Source: Eledone cirrhosa (Eukaryota). From it: a DNA stretch of 64,000 bases. Position numbers and translations under genes: made by a program. Below are positions 14,341-28,655 of this stretch, in pieces; position 1 is the stretch's first letter; each line of letters opens with the position of its first letter. The stretch spans positions 15,438,001-15,502,000 of the forward strand of contig OZ024750.1 of assembly GCA_964016885.1 (NCBI GenBank). The letters are read 5' to 3'. The notes beneath the pieces are model-generated. The model was not told the DNA's origin. It searched no databases and saw nothing but the letters and a program-made list of their open reading frames with translations.

Positions 14341-15460
14341 GATGTTGCCCATTATTCCTCGCGACGCTGCTGTCTTTTGTTCTGGTGGTGGTTCGGTTGT
14401 CCACCCCTCCCTTTATATTGTCTTTAATATTGCAACATTAAAGGAATATATCCTTCTGAGAGAATCGCGAGCAATTTATAATGTTATTTAAGTATATATT
14501 TAAAACATATTGTAAATTTATGTATATGCTTTGTATATATCATATGTGTTTATATTTTCACTCCCATTTGTAACGTTATTTACGCAACTGTGAATAGTAT
14601 ATTATTATAGAAACAATTATTATAATAAACCTATATTGAAACATTTCAGTGCTTGGTAAATTCTTGGACGTAAACATGTGGGAACGGAGATGTATTTCAA
14701 ATTTGGGAGAGGAGTAAAAAGTATGCTGGATTTCTTCATTTAAACATAAGGTATTTTTAAACTTTAAGCAGTATACATAGTGAATGATTTTCTCTTCATG
14801 CAACAAACAAAAACAAAACAAAAAGTACAGGAAACTGAGCAAAATAAGTTTACTTGTTAGCCTAAATGTTAGCCTAAATGTACCGTAAGTAATAATGTAT
14901 ACGTTTCGCCACCCAGGTAAATCTTGAACACCGAAAATGCATTAATACCGAAGCCCTTGTGGATGTAACCTTATTTATGTGGAAGAAATGTTATAAAAAC
15001 TAATACCTATACGAATATATAACGATAATTTACAAAGGTGGCCCACCCTGTTTTGTATGTGTTATATATATTATTCAAAATATTAACAAATGAAAAATAT
15101 TCTCATAATCAAAATATATACTTTATTATATATATTTCAAAGGTACTGTGTTGTTTTTTTTTCAGTACGTCCTCATCAGACAAAATATATGACATACCGC
15201 TACGATCTTGATTATTCAATTCCAGTATTGGTAGTGAAAACACAACACAGAACCTTTGAAATATATATAATAAAGTATATATTTTGATTATGAAAATATT
15301 TTTCATTTGTTAATATTTTGAATAATATTAAAAACCACAGTTGAGTGCTTCTAATCTATTGTAAAATTGTATTCATTGAGTAATCAACGAACCATACTAA
15401 TCCTTGGTTATAAATAAATATATATATTCGTTAGATGTTTTCTTTGTGTTAATTTTCCTA

Positions 15461-15537
<77 letters not shown>

Positions 15538-15666
15538 ATCGCAGGAGATAATTTGTAAAGTGTGTAAGCACACACAGCTAGGTAGGTAACTAATTAATTA
15601 GTTACCTACCTAGCTGTGTGTGCTTACACACTTTACATATTATCCCCTGTGATTGTTTCATATGTT

Positions 15667-15728
<62 letters not shown>

Positions 15729-15844
15729 GTCAATCAATTTCTAGTTGATATAAAATGCTCGGATCTATTCATTGGAATCTTTGAGCATATTCTACAGTGG
15801 ATATGGCGCATGTCTCTCGGACATGACACCCTTAATTTAATTTT

Positions 15845-15882
<38 letters not shown>

Positions 15883-16010
15883 AGTATATGTTGGTTGTTT
15901 ACCGACACCTCAGTATGCAGGCTGGAGCACTCGACGAAGTACGCAGGTTGGTTTGTTACTCCGGAGTAATGTAAAATAAAATAAGTCAATATATATATAA
16001 CCAAAGATTA

Positions 16011-16056
<46 letters not shown>

Positions 16057-16245
16057 CCACTTGCTGTTTAAACGGCGTCAGTTCAGACGGCGAGTAATAA
16101 CTGTTTTTCTTTCTCTCGCTCTGATCGTATATTTTAGTGCGTTATATCTGTGAGGTCCCAAGCAGTAATTAATAGTATTTATGTGTTTATATTTTCATTC
16201 CGAAAGAATTATAATGTTATTTATACAACTGTAAATAAAGTAATA

Positions 16246-16301
<56 letters not shown>

Positions 16302-16761
16302 TTGTTGTGATAACACCTTTAGCGTGCGGTCTACCGTTTCATGTTATACTAGTCGATATAAAACGGCAATCACACCATCATCCTTCTCAAAAAAAATAGA
16401 CCTGAAAACATCTGGGTAACACCTTTTATCGACGACAATGCTATTAAAGGATTTCTGTCGATATATTTTAACAAAAAGAAAAGCTGTTGCATTTTAACGC
16501 GAGAACGATCTCCCGGATATAACGAAGAGGCAACATTGTTTGTCGTATTTCTAAGTGGTATACGAAATGTGTGTCATTAATTAAAGGATTTAAGTTTAAA
16601 TTGTTTGTCGTTAATTAAAGTATTTAAGTTTAAATTGTGTGTATCAGTTATAAAGCACTGATAAATTCTATCATAAAGATGACCATCAATGTACTATTTA
16701 ACCTTTGTTGAGTATTCTGATTCTCGTTATAATGATTTGTGTGATTAAGTGTGTGTCAGTA

Positions 16762-17335
16762 ATAATTGTTTCCACTTTTGGCACAAGGCCATCAATTACC
16801 CAGTACATTACTGGTACTTTATTTTATCGACCCCGTAAGGATGAAAGGCAAAGTTAACCTCGGCGGGATTTGAACTCAGACTGTAAAGGGAGGACGTAAC
16901 TATGCTGGAAAGCATAGTTACAAGTTAAATAATAATAATGCTTTGAGTTACGGCCCTTGCCATTCTGAGTTCAAATCCCGCCGAGGTTAACTTTGCCTTT
17001 CATCCTTACGGGGTCGATAAAATAAAGTACCAGTAATGTACTGGGTAATTGCAGGCCTTGTGCCAATAGTAGAAACAATTATTTAACTTGTAGGTGGATT
17101 GGCAGTATCGGTAGAGGGTCGGACGCCATGCTTTCCAGCATATTTACGTCCCTTTACGATCTGAGTTCAAATTCCGCCGAGGTTGACTTTGCCTTTCATC
17201 CTTACGGGGTCGATAAAATAAAGTACCAGTAATGCACTGGATAATTGCTGGCCTTGTGCCTAAAGTAGAAACAATTATTTAACTTGTAATGTACTGGGTA
17301 ATTGCTGACTTTATGCCAAAAGTAGAAACAATTAT
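16762..17335. mobile_element. Cluster of the dominant SINE in divergent and tandem orientation
   Basis: One minus copy (16762-16920), two plus copies and a 3' remnant. Confidence 0.85.
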
Positions 17336-17659
17336 TTAACTTGTTTTTATTATCCTGCAATATAATATTCTTGTATTGGGGGTTAGGTTGCAGAGGAGGT
17401 GTAAAAATGCAAATGTAGACCGCACCTTAAAGTGAATATGGCCTGGTAGACTGCCGCTAAAGTAGCACATGAATGCTACTTTAGTGTACCGTCTACTTTT
17501 TCATGTATTTTTAACTGCCAATAAATGTTTATTTTTAAAATAAAATTTAGTAAGAAAACATTTTTAAAAAGGGGAGAAACAAAAGGAAAGAAAGAATAGG
17601 GAAATATAGGAAGAAGAAAAAAAGAAAGAAAGAAAAAAAGGAACGGGCTTTGGACCTAG

Positions 17660-17870
17660 GGCAGAAGTGCTGCGCCCCGCTGACAAGACGGCAAAAGCAT
17701 TCCCGCGGACGATGGACAGTGACACCCGCTGCATCAGCCACATAACCTCGCGCTGCTCCCTCCTCTGACGAGCCGCCGACGCTCCGATCTTGCGGAGGAG
17801 CTCGGCAGTACGGGGTCCAAGTATGCCTGAGGTCTCCACAGCAACCGGTATGAAGAGGAAGCGATCGGGT
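17660..17870 (-). mobile_element. CRE-like LINE 3' fragment
   Basis: VETSGILGPRTAELL...WLMQRVSLSIVRGNAFAVL. A similar fragment lies on the + strand at about 6380-6640. Confidence 0.7.
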
Positions 17871-18429
17871 TAGAAAGGTTTCCCAGTGCTCCTACCCATA
17901 CTATTATCTGTTACTCTACCAGAGTAAAAGGTAACGGCTTGGTTGTTTACCCCTACTGCCTTTTGTTGTATGTGGTCCCAGATGTGTGTGTGCGCTAACC
18001 GCTTCTGCGTTTTTTTTTTTCGACTTTCCCCTCCCCAAAATTGCTGGCCTTGTGCCTATATAAGAAACCATTATTATATACATATATGTGTGTATATGTG
18101 TCGATGCATATATATTTATCTTTGTTTTTCTTTTTTAGTTATTTTACTGCTTATGTTGTATTCACAAGAAATCCAGAAACATGCCACGGAAGTTCTACGT
18201 ACGTTTGTTTTTCTTTGTCTTCAACTCCTCAGAACCAACATTTCTCTCTATCTAATTATACATACATACATACACATATATATAGCTACACACAAACATA
18301 CATACACACACACACACACACATACATACATACATACATACATACATACATACATACATACATACATACATACATACATACATACATACATACATACATA
18401 CACACACACATATACATACACACATACAA

Positions 18430-19290
18430 TCCCAGTAGAAGGAAGACGCAGTTGAGGAAGACCAAGAAAAACATGGGCGGATGTGGTGAGAGCAGACCCC
18501 AGATCACTGAAGCTCACAGAGGAGATGACAAAGGACCATGACGAATGGAGAGATGCTGTGTTTAATAGGACCCGTCCCACCCTTGCAAGCAGGGACAATC
18601 GGACGTAAAATGATGATGATATACATACTTACACACAAACATATATACACACATATATATACAGACATACATGCACACACATATGCATACACACACAAAC
18701 ACATACACATATATACATACATACACACACACAGACATATACATCCACACATTCATACACATATACATACATACACACACACAGACATATACACACACAT
18801 ACATCCACACATTCATACACATATACATACATACACACACACATGTATACATATACATAACCATACACACATACAGTCATCCATACTCATATACATATAC
18901 ACAGGCAATGACACAGGACCGAGACCTCTGGCGTTACCCAGTAATACAGAAGACCTGACTTCCCACGGGTACAAGCTGAAGCATATAGACAATATGCCCC
19001 ACCCCCTCCTTCTGCAAAGTGGTCGTGGAGGTGTCACGGCAAAAAAGCACCCAGCCCACACTGTAAAGTGGTCATGTAGGCACCACAGTAAAAAAAAGTA
19101 CCCAGTACTCACTGTAAATGAGGTTGGTGTTAGGAAGGGCATCCAGCTGTAGAAATCAAGCCAAAATCAGTTCTGTATGAGCAAGACATGGTCACCCGAC
19201 CTGGCATTGCCCACAACAGGACAATCCGTCTAACCCATGCTAGTGTGGAAGAATGGATGTAAAACGGTGATGATGATGATGATGATGTAG
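18430..19290 (+). mobile_element. RTE-like LINE 3' end and RTE-tailed SINE separated by microsatellites
   Basis: GRRS*GRPRKTW-like end; CCCATGCTAGTGTGGAAGAATGGATGTAAAACGG(TGA)n tail. Related minus fragments at about 20265-20660 and 25150-25215. Confidence 0.55.
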
Positions 19291-20646
19291 AAACACAGAC
19301 AAAATCCTCCCAGATTAACTTTATTTTTCATGCTCCTCTTGTACATAATTTTACATTATTTTATTGACCCCGTAAGGTTGAAAGGCAAAACTAACCTCCG
19401 CAGGATTTGAACTCAGAATGTAAAGAAATATAACTTTATTCCGTGAAGCTCTACTAATTACTGCCTATACACCATCCTCAAGACGAGAACAAATAATGCA
19501 ATAGCAATTTATCAGCCTTTAGTGAATATTGATTTAACAACTACAGCTATAAATATGACATAAAACCGTCATTCAAGCCCAGGTCATTCAGCAGTTTCTT
19601 TATTTTCACTCCCAGCTTACCACTTCATTATTTACTTAAACTGCCTTCCTAAATCTAGTTGGCTCTCTTGAATCTCCTCTCTGTCAACATACTGTTGTTA
19701 TCTACAGCTAAACACTGTACAATCAGTCGTGACTCATATAAACAATATTTGTACAAGCAAGTGTCCACCTTTAGAAGAGCCAGCTGTGTTTTGTTTTGTT
19801 TTTTGGGGGGGGTTAACTCAAGGTCAGCTTTGATTGAGCAGACATTCATTAAACTCGTTCTCACCATGACCACCCTGTCTTTTCAGACCTATTTTATCTC
19901 AGACTGCATCATTCAATATATTCTTCATTTAAACATGTTTATTTGTGTGGGATCAGCCACATATTACAGCATAGTATCTAGTATGTTTGGCTAACTCCTA
20001 AATTTGCAACTGCTTGAATTTTTTTCTTATTTTCTTTATGGATTGATCTGGAGGAAGGTTTTGTAACCATAGCTTTCATAGGTCCATTAAGACAGGTGTG
20101 ATCAATGTGGTTGATTTTCCTCCTGAATAACTGCATGGTAACTGTAGAAAAAATATTGACGAGGAGTTAATTGCAAAGGGCTGACGTTCAGCTGGGGAAG
20201 AAGGATTGGATAAAATACTCAATGCAGTATTTAGTGGGACAGACAAAATATGGATGCCATCATCCTCATCATCTTACCGTCCACTTTTCCATACGTGCAT
20301 GGGTTGGACAGGTCGTTTCAAGCATATCCTCCCTCATAGTACTCCTTCATTATCTCAACTGTGAGGTTCAATGTTTTCAGCTTTAACCCAGGGTTTTGAT
20401 GGTCTTCTACTACTACAGCTTCCTTCAACAGGCATCACCTTGCAGTTCTTCACACAGTATTCATCATCCACACACATCACATGTCCATATCAGCATAGTT
20501 TTCTCTTTGGCACACTATATCTAATTCCACTAATACTGAGCTTTTCTCTCAGTTAATCCACCCCTGTCAATCATGCTGACTAACATTACACATCCAACAG
20601 AGTATGCTCTCTTCATTTCTCTCCAGCCTCTCTGTATCACATACTT

Positions 20647-20910
20647 GTGGTCTTCTACCAGTTTCACTCCTATAACTACGAGAAGCTCTATTACCAGTGG
20701 TCTTCTACCAGTTTCACCCCCTTCCCTATAACTATGAGAAGCTCTATTACCAGTGGTCTTCTACCAGTTTCACCCCCTTCCCTATAACTACGAGAAGCTC
20801 TATTACCAGTGGTCTTCTACCAGTTTCACCCCCTTCCCTATAACTATGAGAAGCTCTATTACCAGTGGTCTTCTACCAGTTTCACTCCCTTCACTATAAC
20901 TATGAGAAGC
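20647..20910. repeat. 56-bp minisatellite, about 5 units
   Basis: GTGGTCTTCTACCAGTTTCACCCCCTTCCCTATAACTA(C/T)GAGAAGCTCTATTACCA. Confidence 0.92.
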
Positions 20911-21706
20911 ATCACATATTCTTTGAGAGCTTCTCATATCCAACTATTTTCATTAGGATTGTTCTTTGTGAGAATATGCCCGAAGCAACTCATCCATGAC
21001 AAGGCCTTTAGATATACACACACATGTACATACATACACATGTACATACACACTCATAATATGCATTCATATAAAAATAAAATGTTCAAATATTTGTTTT
21101 ATATTTATATCTATTTAATTCCACATTACATAAATAACTGTTGTAAGTATATGGTTTCATTCCAGTTCTCTGCAATCTGAGTTCAAATTTCAATGATGTC
21201 AACAATGCTTTTCATCTTTTCGAGATCAATATAAAAAAAAGTGCCGTTCCAATATTGGGTTTGATTCTTCCTCTATATCTTTTTCACACTTCCTCTCTAT
21301 ATCCCTCTCTTTTTCTCTGGAACAAATCAACTGAAGAGGGATGGGCTCTGCCATGTTTAAGTGTCCAAAACATTCCATATGTTACAGTGGTACACTTATA
21401 TCTTCAGCAGGAGTTAGAGGTCCACATATACACACAGCACATAAATCTGTGATGAAATGTTAATTATATCAGAATCTAGTTTTATTTTGTGCTTATTGTT
21501 ATTTAATGCCAGGTCACTCTTACATGAACAGATTTATATTAAAGGGCATTCTAGCCGTGACCATCCCCTCTTATTTTCAGACTGTACCTAAGACTAGCTA
21601 ACTGTTGATTTATGTCCCATTCAACAAAATAGAGGATCGATAAAATAAGAAACTTACAAAAAAACATACTGAGATCAATATGGTCGACTAAAAGAATACT
21701 GTAGAT

Positions 21707-22017
21707 CAGTGCTTCTCAAACTATTTGATGTGGCGGACCGGCATTTTTTTTTTCAATGTGTCACGTACCGCTAATATTTCGTAGTAATATTAATTTATAC
21801 CGGAAACGATATATATAATGAATATAATAATAGTTGACCATTTTTTTATCTTCTATTTGTTTTGTAAACAAATAATACAATATCAAAACATATAAAAAAG
21901 TAATTAAAAAAATTCCTCAAATGATTCCTTAGCATGGCCTGGACACTGGCCGCGTACCGGTAGCTGATAGCTCGCGTACCGGCACCGGTCCGCGGACCAC
22001 CACTTTGAGTAGCACTG
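21707..22017. mobile_element. hAT (Charlie-like) MITE
   Basis: CAGTGCTTCTCAAA...TTTGAGTAGCACTG TIRs; perfect 8-bp TSD CTGTAGAT. Confidence 0.88.
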
Positions 22018-22521
22018 CTGTAGATAAATAATTTTAATAGATTTGTTTTAACGAGAAAAATGAACAAGAGTAGTCTCCCATATATTTTCACAGATGAAAT
22101 CATTGAATCTTATATCAAAGGAAGAAAATCAAGGAGGATGTATCAAATACAGATTGAAAAAAAAAAATGCTGGAACTTCACCTAAAAGGCATTTAGTCGA
22201 TCCTTTTAAAGTCTGGTACTTATTTTATCAATCTATTTTGTTGAATAGGTTATGGCTGGAATGCTTTTTGATTTTAAGTCTTCTTAATAATGTAACAGAG
22301 GACAAAAAAAGATACATATGTATATCATGTTATTTAAAAGAGAAAAAAAACTTAGTTTTACTTTTCGTTACCTCACCTTACAGTCCATTTTGCATTGTTT
22401 AGCCTTCTATCGCTTTCAACGTTATATATTATATACAATGCTTCAAGCAAACTACAACATTTTATTAAACTTATTTTGATTTTTTTTAATATTATTTTAT
22501 ATTTTATATATCTTTTATCAG

Positions 22522-23814
22522 ATACTGGTGAAATACATTGCTGGAATCTGTGTAAAGTGGCTACCAAAGCCTGGACAACAAGCGAGAATTCACTTACTTA
22601 CTTTATATTCAGTCACATTTTTTCTTCTTTTGCCTATTCTGTGCCACAAACTACCTTTCTCTGTCTACTACCATGCTGGTCATACTGAAGTAGATGATGA
22701 GATAAGCAAGTTTAATGCTAATAATGATCAAAGACTAAAACTAGCTCACACTTTTTTAAAAAATGCTTTTAATAGTATGAAGCATCTTCCTAATTCTCCA
22801 TGGGTTACCACAGAATTCGACTTCACTAAAGATAACTTACCTTTCCTCAAAAATCCTAAATTACCAGTTGATATAGCAATAACTATAATCACAGTATCTC
22901 GGAATAGACACAAGTTTGATAACTATGAACCCAAATACCTCACACAAACTGTTTGGCAATATTTGGAATTATTGTTAAGTCCTGCAAGTCAGAAACGGAA
23001 TATAAAACTTTCTCTGTGTAATGTTGATAAAGAACCAGATACCTATCATGAAATACGCAACCTCTCTTCCTTTATTCAGACTTTCCAGCGCTTTACAAAA
23101 GAAACTTGGAAATCATTTGAAATATTTGAAAAAGAAAAACAAGACTACATCTACTGCTTGAAAGCTTCACTTGTGTGGAAACCAAGTTTTGTATTACTTG
23201 TTGAGGATGACAGCCTTCCCAACAATGATATGCTTCATGTTTTGAACCATGTTCTTGACTATATAGCTAATGTTGATAATCAGCATGGTTCTTATCAACA
23301 TTTTCCAGATCAGTGGTACTTAAAACTCTATCATCCAGACCGACTGCTGGGTTATTGGAGTATAGAAATTGAAAGAATACCAGAACTCATATCACTTAGT
23401 CTACTTTTTGGTTTATCAGTTCTGCTTTTTTATCGATGTATTGGAATGAAGAGCGTCTTCAGTAATATCAATGCTTCTTGGTTTCTTCTCAGCCTCTATT
23501 TCTTCTTGCTTTTCATTGCCATAGGAAGACAAAACTTACTTGAACTACGACGGTTGTCAAAACATTTTTACATGTTAACACCTTCTCCCTCATGCTGCAC
23601 GCCAGCCATATTATACACTAATGCAACTGCTGAAACTGTCATAGAATATCTTGATCATGTGCATTGTAAAAAACATTTTGCAAAAGATATGGCATTGGAA
23701 CAGCTGCGTTCTGAAACTCACTTAAGAGCCTATCTTTTGCAGCCAAATCTTTTTAAACACATTGGTCTATACTCTTCATTACGGTCAAATATTCTCAGTC
23801 CTGCTGTTGTATGA
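22522..23814 (+). CDS. PGAP4: PGAP4/TMEM246 GPI-N-acetylgalactosamine transferase, main coding exon (5' end unresolved)
   Basis: 428-aa ORF with family motifs: IAITIITVSR, YLTQTV, FEKEKQDYxYCL, VLLVEDD (DxD-like), YLKLYHP, two internal TM helices, CCTPAILY, AKDMAL and C-terminal PNLFKHIGLYSSLR. In-frame acceptor tcttttatcag| at 22521; stop TGA ends at 23814. Confidence 0.93.
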   Translation: MLVKYIAGICVKWLPKPGQQARIHLLTLYSVTFFLLLPILCHKLPFSVYYHAGHTEVDDEISKFNANNDQRLKLAHTFLKNAFNSMKHLPNSPWVTTEFDFTKDNLPFLKNPKLPVDIAITIITVSRNRHKFDNYEPKYLTQTVWQYLELLLSPASQKRNIKLSLCNVDKEPDTYHEIRNLSSFIQTFQRFTKETWKSFEIFEKEKQDYIYCLKASLVWKPSFVLLVEDDSLPNNDMLHVLNHVLDYIANVDNQHGSYQHFPDQWYLKLYHPDRLLGYWSIEIERIPELISLSLLFGLSVLLFYRCIGMKSVFSNINASWFLLSLYFFLLFIAIGRQNLLELRRLSKHFYMLTPSPSCCTPAILYTNATAETVIEYLDHVHCKKHFAKDMALEQLRSETHLRAYLLQPNLFKHIGLYSSLRSNILSPAVV

Positions 23815-23996
23815 CAGAGATATTCTTTAACAATATTTGACAGAGGACCATATAGCTTTAATTAGGCATGCAATTATTTTTTATCTGCATTCAATTCAAT
23901 CCTTCTTTCATTTCTTTAATCTGCTACTATTGTAGCATTCTTTAATTTAAATATAGCTTTCATTCCACTTCGTCAAAGTATGTTGTTTTAGAAATA

Positions 23997-24318
23997 CAGT
24001 GCATCCCCTGTCATTTGTGGTCCCTGTTATTCGCTGAATTTTCCTTAGAACCTAACTAATAATTGTTCGTGGAAACCACCACATATTTGTGGAATCGTAA
24101 ATTGTTTTTTATGGCATTTTCCTGGCAATATATATTTTTTTAACACTAAATTATTATTAACAATATACCGTATTGGACGCCCCTTCACATAAGACGCTCC
24201 TTTTTTTTTATATTTTGACATTTATAATCATTTTATGGACTATGTCCAATATTCGCGATTTTTCACTCTTCGTGGGTGTTCTAGGAATGTAACCCCCGCA
24301 AATACCGGGGGACAACTG
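23997..24318. mobile_element. Tigger/pogo-like MITE in the PGAP4 3' region
   Basis: TA|CAGT...ACTG|TA termini; a partial copy lies at about 538-670. Confidence 0.65.
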
Positions 24319-25254
24319 TATATGTATTGTTTGAATGATTTGTTTTGTTTGTTTTTAAAGAATCTTTCAACTGAATGCCATTCTCTTGTTAACACATCCT
24401 CCACCATATAAGAATAGTAGTTGTTATCTACTAGAATAATGGAAACCTCTGATCTCAGTACACAATATAATGGCTGTTGCTATATTTGAACCAATGAAAT
24501 ATATACACCGAATTCCAACAATTTTACTCCATTATTTCTGCCTTACAAATAGTATATATGCTTTTATTCTCTCTTTTTTCTTCAATTAGCTGTCATCACA
24601 AATACAGTCTAACTCATTCCAGCATGGAAAAATGGACGTTAAACGGAAATGATGACAGTTTTAAAACAGCATGCAATTATATAATTCATATGAGACACTT
24701 CTTCACTTTAGTTACTCATGGTTAAAAACTTAAGCACTATTATGACTTCAGAAATGGTATTATTGAAAAGATGAAATATTATTTTTGTAAAAAAATATAT
24801 TGTTTTTTATTTTTTATTTTAAAAATATATTAAACATTTTTTTGAGACATTTTACAGTGTTTTGACTTCTGTGATTCATTACATTCCTTATAGATATTGA
24901 TTTCTGTGATTGAATATATTGCTTATAGATATTCTATTGATTACTGAAACATGTTTACCACTTGTATATTGCTTTAACCCTTCACTATTCACATTATTCT
25001 ATATATACTATTATATTTTCACAGTAAAGGCTTTATCTCACATATCAAATCTATGAAATTTTGAGAACAATACCTTAACATCAGTATGAGTGGCTGGTTA
25101 CAGCCGGTTTGAACAGAAAGAAATGAGAGAATTCTGGCCGGATATGGGAGATCATCATCATCATCATCACCGTTTTACGTCCGTTCTTCCATGCTAGCAT
25201 GGGTTAGACGGGATGTAAATGCTAATGGGTTAATGGATGACATCTCAATGATTA

Positions 25255-25454
25255 NNNNNNNNNNNNNNNNNNNNNNNNNNNNNNNNNNNNNNNNNNNNNN
25301 NNNNNNNNNNNNNNNNNNNNNNNNNNNNNNNNNNNNNNNNNNNNNNNNNNNNNNNNNNNNNNNNNNNNNNNNNNNNNNNNNNNNNNNNNNNNNNNNNNNN
25401 NNNNNNNNNNNNNNNNNNNNNNNNNNNNNNNNNNNNNNNNNNNNNNNNNNNNNN
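25255..25454. other. Assembly gap (200 N)
   Basis: Run of N. Confidence 1.
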
Positions 25455-25979
25455 TCACGATTCCGGGGTCGATTCAATTGACTTTCCCCTCCCCCAAAAT
25501 TGCTGGCCTTGTGCCTATATAAGAAACCATTATTATTATTTTATTCTTGAGTTCGAATCCCGCCGAGGTTGACTTTGCCTTTCATCCTTACGGAGTCGAT
25601 AAAATAAAGTACCAGTAATGCACTGGGTAATTGCTGGCCTTGTACCTAAAGTAGAAACAATTATTCTTACGAGGTCGATAAAATAAAGTACCAGTAATGC
25701 ACTAGGGTAATTGCTGGCCTTGTGCCAAAAGTAAAAAAATACATATTATTATGCGTGTGTTTTTTTTATCATCTCTTACGAAGTCTGAAAAGTATAAAGA
25801 AATGTTTAGTGTTCGTTTTTGTTGTTGTTTTTTCTACATGTCTCAAATCCCGAAGAATTAGTGGTTACGTGGTAAATCTACAACTACAAGGAGGAAAACA
25901 AACTAGAAACTATATTCATGTATTTGCTTATTTGTTTTCGGATTTATTTTCGTAATTACAAAACCAAAACATTAAATAA

Positions 25980-26030
<51 letters not shown>

Positions 26031-26187
26031 AACTAGAAACCAAAACAGAAATAAATAAAGCAGAAAAGTAATTAAAATTAATTATATATATATGAATAAA
26101 GTTAGTCCTTCATCAGTGATCTTCCAACCATCATTGGTATTTCATCGCTTTATATATATATATATATATATTAAAATAACAGATTAA

Positions 26188-26238
26188 AGTTTAAGCAAAG
26201 AATCGCTGCTTTCACCCTTAACGGGATCTTCTGAAACT
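26188..26238 (-). ncRNA. Hammerhead-like fold with variant CAGAAGA core, in a repeated Penelope-pLTR-like element
   Basis: AGUUU-CAGAAGA-UCCC GUUAA GGGU-GAAA-GCA..UGC-UU-AAACU. Related copies near 12290, 34110-34200 and 38095. Confidence 0.5.
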
Positions 26239-27229
26239 AACAAAGTCAATCTGTGAACGCAGAAGTAAATATTTCAAAAAAGGTTGCAACCGGAGGAAGA
26301 CAGGAAGACGATACTTTGGTCCGTGGAAACGTTCCCTGGCAAAGAACGGGAAAAAACGAATATAATACGTCATTATTTGGAGCGGTGAAAAACAATTACA
26401 CGCAAAGACAAAACCACGTTTATGGTATAAAAGAAGTCGTAGACTATAAAATTTCCGGATATTTTTTAGGTGTGACTTTCTGTATTTATCCTTTATATGA
26501 AATATTGATTGTTTTTCCGGTATATTGTCTCTGTTTTTAGCCTAAGAAAATACCTATATGCATGTATAAATAATACATGCATATATTTATTTTTTGATAT
26601 CCAATTGAGTTCTTCACGCATGGTTAAAATTATTGACAGAATTAATTGACCTGCGTGCATATTATTTTATTCTTTTATGTTTTGCGATGACCTCCACTTC
26701 CCGCTTGGTGACGGTGTGAGATTTCTCTTTGTGAGACTGCTGGAATTTCAAAATTGGCGGTCACTCTAACACTGGCGGGTACCATCGCTGAATGAGGTTG
26801 ACTTTGCCTTTCATCCTTACGGGGTCGATAAAATAAAGTACCAGTAATGCACTGGGTAATTGCTGGCCTTGTGCCTAAAGTAGAAACAATTAATATCGGT
26901 AGGGTTTTTTTTATATCGATATTGCTGGGCATCTACTGATGATTTATAAGTGCCCACCTGCATATATTCCTATAGATTATGTGTAGGCTTCTACATAACC
27001 TGGACATTATTCTCCCAATTTGTAGAAAACTTATAATGAAACGATTGTTTGGAAAGAGGGATGTATTTAATTATGTCTCATATAAAATAATACAACTGGC
27101 TATCCGCAAAATACGTATAGTTAGCACCCCAAACGTATAATTGGGATTATACTAAGGTATATCCTAATGTTTGTTGAGTGAGACGGAAGCCGGTCGGAGT
27201 ATTGCTTAAAGCTTTCTCTGTTAATGTAT

Positions 27230-27287
<58 letters not shown>

Positions 27288-27406
27288 TATATACACACAT
27301 ATATATATATATATATAGATATATATATATAGATATATATATAGATATATTTATACATAGTGAAAAATGGAACGGGAACAAAACAGAGAGGCAGTACGAA
27401 CAAAGG

Positions 27407-27458
<52 letters not shown>

Positions 27459-27601
27459 ATTAGAATACTGGAGCGTGTTTAAGTCAAACACCCTCTTCGT
27501 ATTATAGAAATGACAGTAAAAGGTATAGCTCAATGCAGTTAAACAGAGCCGAAAAATTAAGAGAGTAAAACAAAGAATCCTTTAATACATCAAAAGTTTT
27601 T

Positions 27602-27646
27602 ATTAGCCGACAATGTTTCGTCCTATTAAGGACTCATCGGGGCAAT
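27602..27646 (-). ncRNA. Minimal type I hammerhead ribozyme
   Basis: AUUGCC-CCGAUGA-GUCC UUAAUA GGAC-GAAAC AUU GUC-GGCUAAU; GUC triplet, U4C core variant. Confidence 0.65.
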
Positions 27647-27722
27647 CAAAACAACAGGACGAAACATTGTCGGCTAATAAAAACTTTTGATGTATTAAAG
27701 GATTCTTTGTTTTACTCTCTTA

Positions 27723-27784
<62 letters not shown>

Positions 27785-28655
27785 GTGTTTGAGTGTGTCC
27801 CAGGTTCAAAGTAAGGTACTCACTACATAGTAGAATATATAAAATATTTAATATAGAAATGGCTTCTACAGGACTAGAAATGTTTCATTCGAAGTAAAGA
27901 GGAAATCACCAGGAAAGCTTTTCTAATGATTTCCTTCGAATGAAACTGTTCTACTCCTGTAGAACCCATTTCTACATTAAATATCTGCTAGATCCGGAAG
28001 CAAGATCCGGCAGATAGGTCCGGCAGCTAGAAATATATATATTCCTCTGTTGGACACAAATATGACCGAATGTTTAAAGAATTTCGCTTCGTAGTTTTTC
28101 AAGGTCTGTGTTTGTTCTCGATGCGTTTTAATAACAACGAGAGGGCAGTGGGTTGACAGTACCGATAGAGCTTCGGACTAAATGCTTTGTACTTTCTACG
28201 TTCTGGGTTCAAATGACGCCGAAGTCAACTTTGCTTTTCATTCGATAGAATAAAGTACCAGTCAATTACTGGTATCGAAATAAACAACTTTCCTCTTCCT
28301 CCCAGTTGCTGACCTTGTGCTAATATTAGACACAGAGTCGTTATATCGTCCGACAAATGCCTTGTGGTATTTGTTCCGCCTCTTTACTTTCTGAGTTCGA
28401 ATCGCGCCGAAATCAACTTTGCTTTTCATCCTCCGATGTCAATAAAATGAAGTACCAGTCCAGTTAGTTACCGAATCAATTTAATCGATTTCTCTCCTAT
28501 ATAATTAATGGCATTGTGTCTAGATCAGAAGCCAATATAATATCCAGTCGACCCAAGTTTTATGGGTGAAATTGACTAGATATAAACTGCCGGAGGAATT
28601 TTGCAATCGTAATTCAAAAATCCATATTTGTCACTTTAATTCGACTTAATAACTA

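Noticed and set aside
25175-25481. ORFs spanning X runs
   Set aside because: Artefacts of the N gap.
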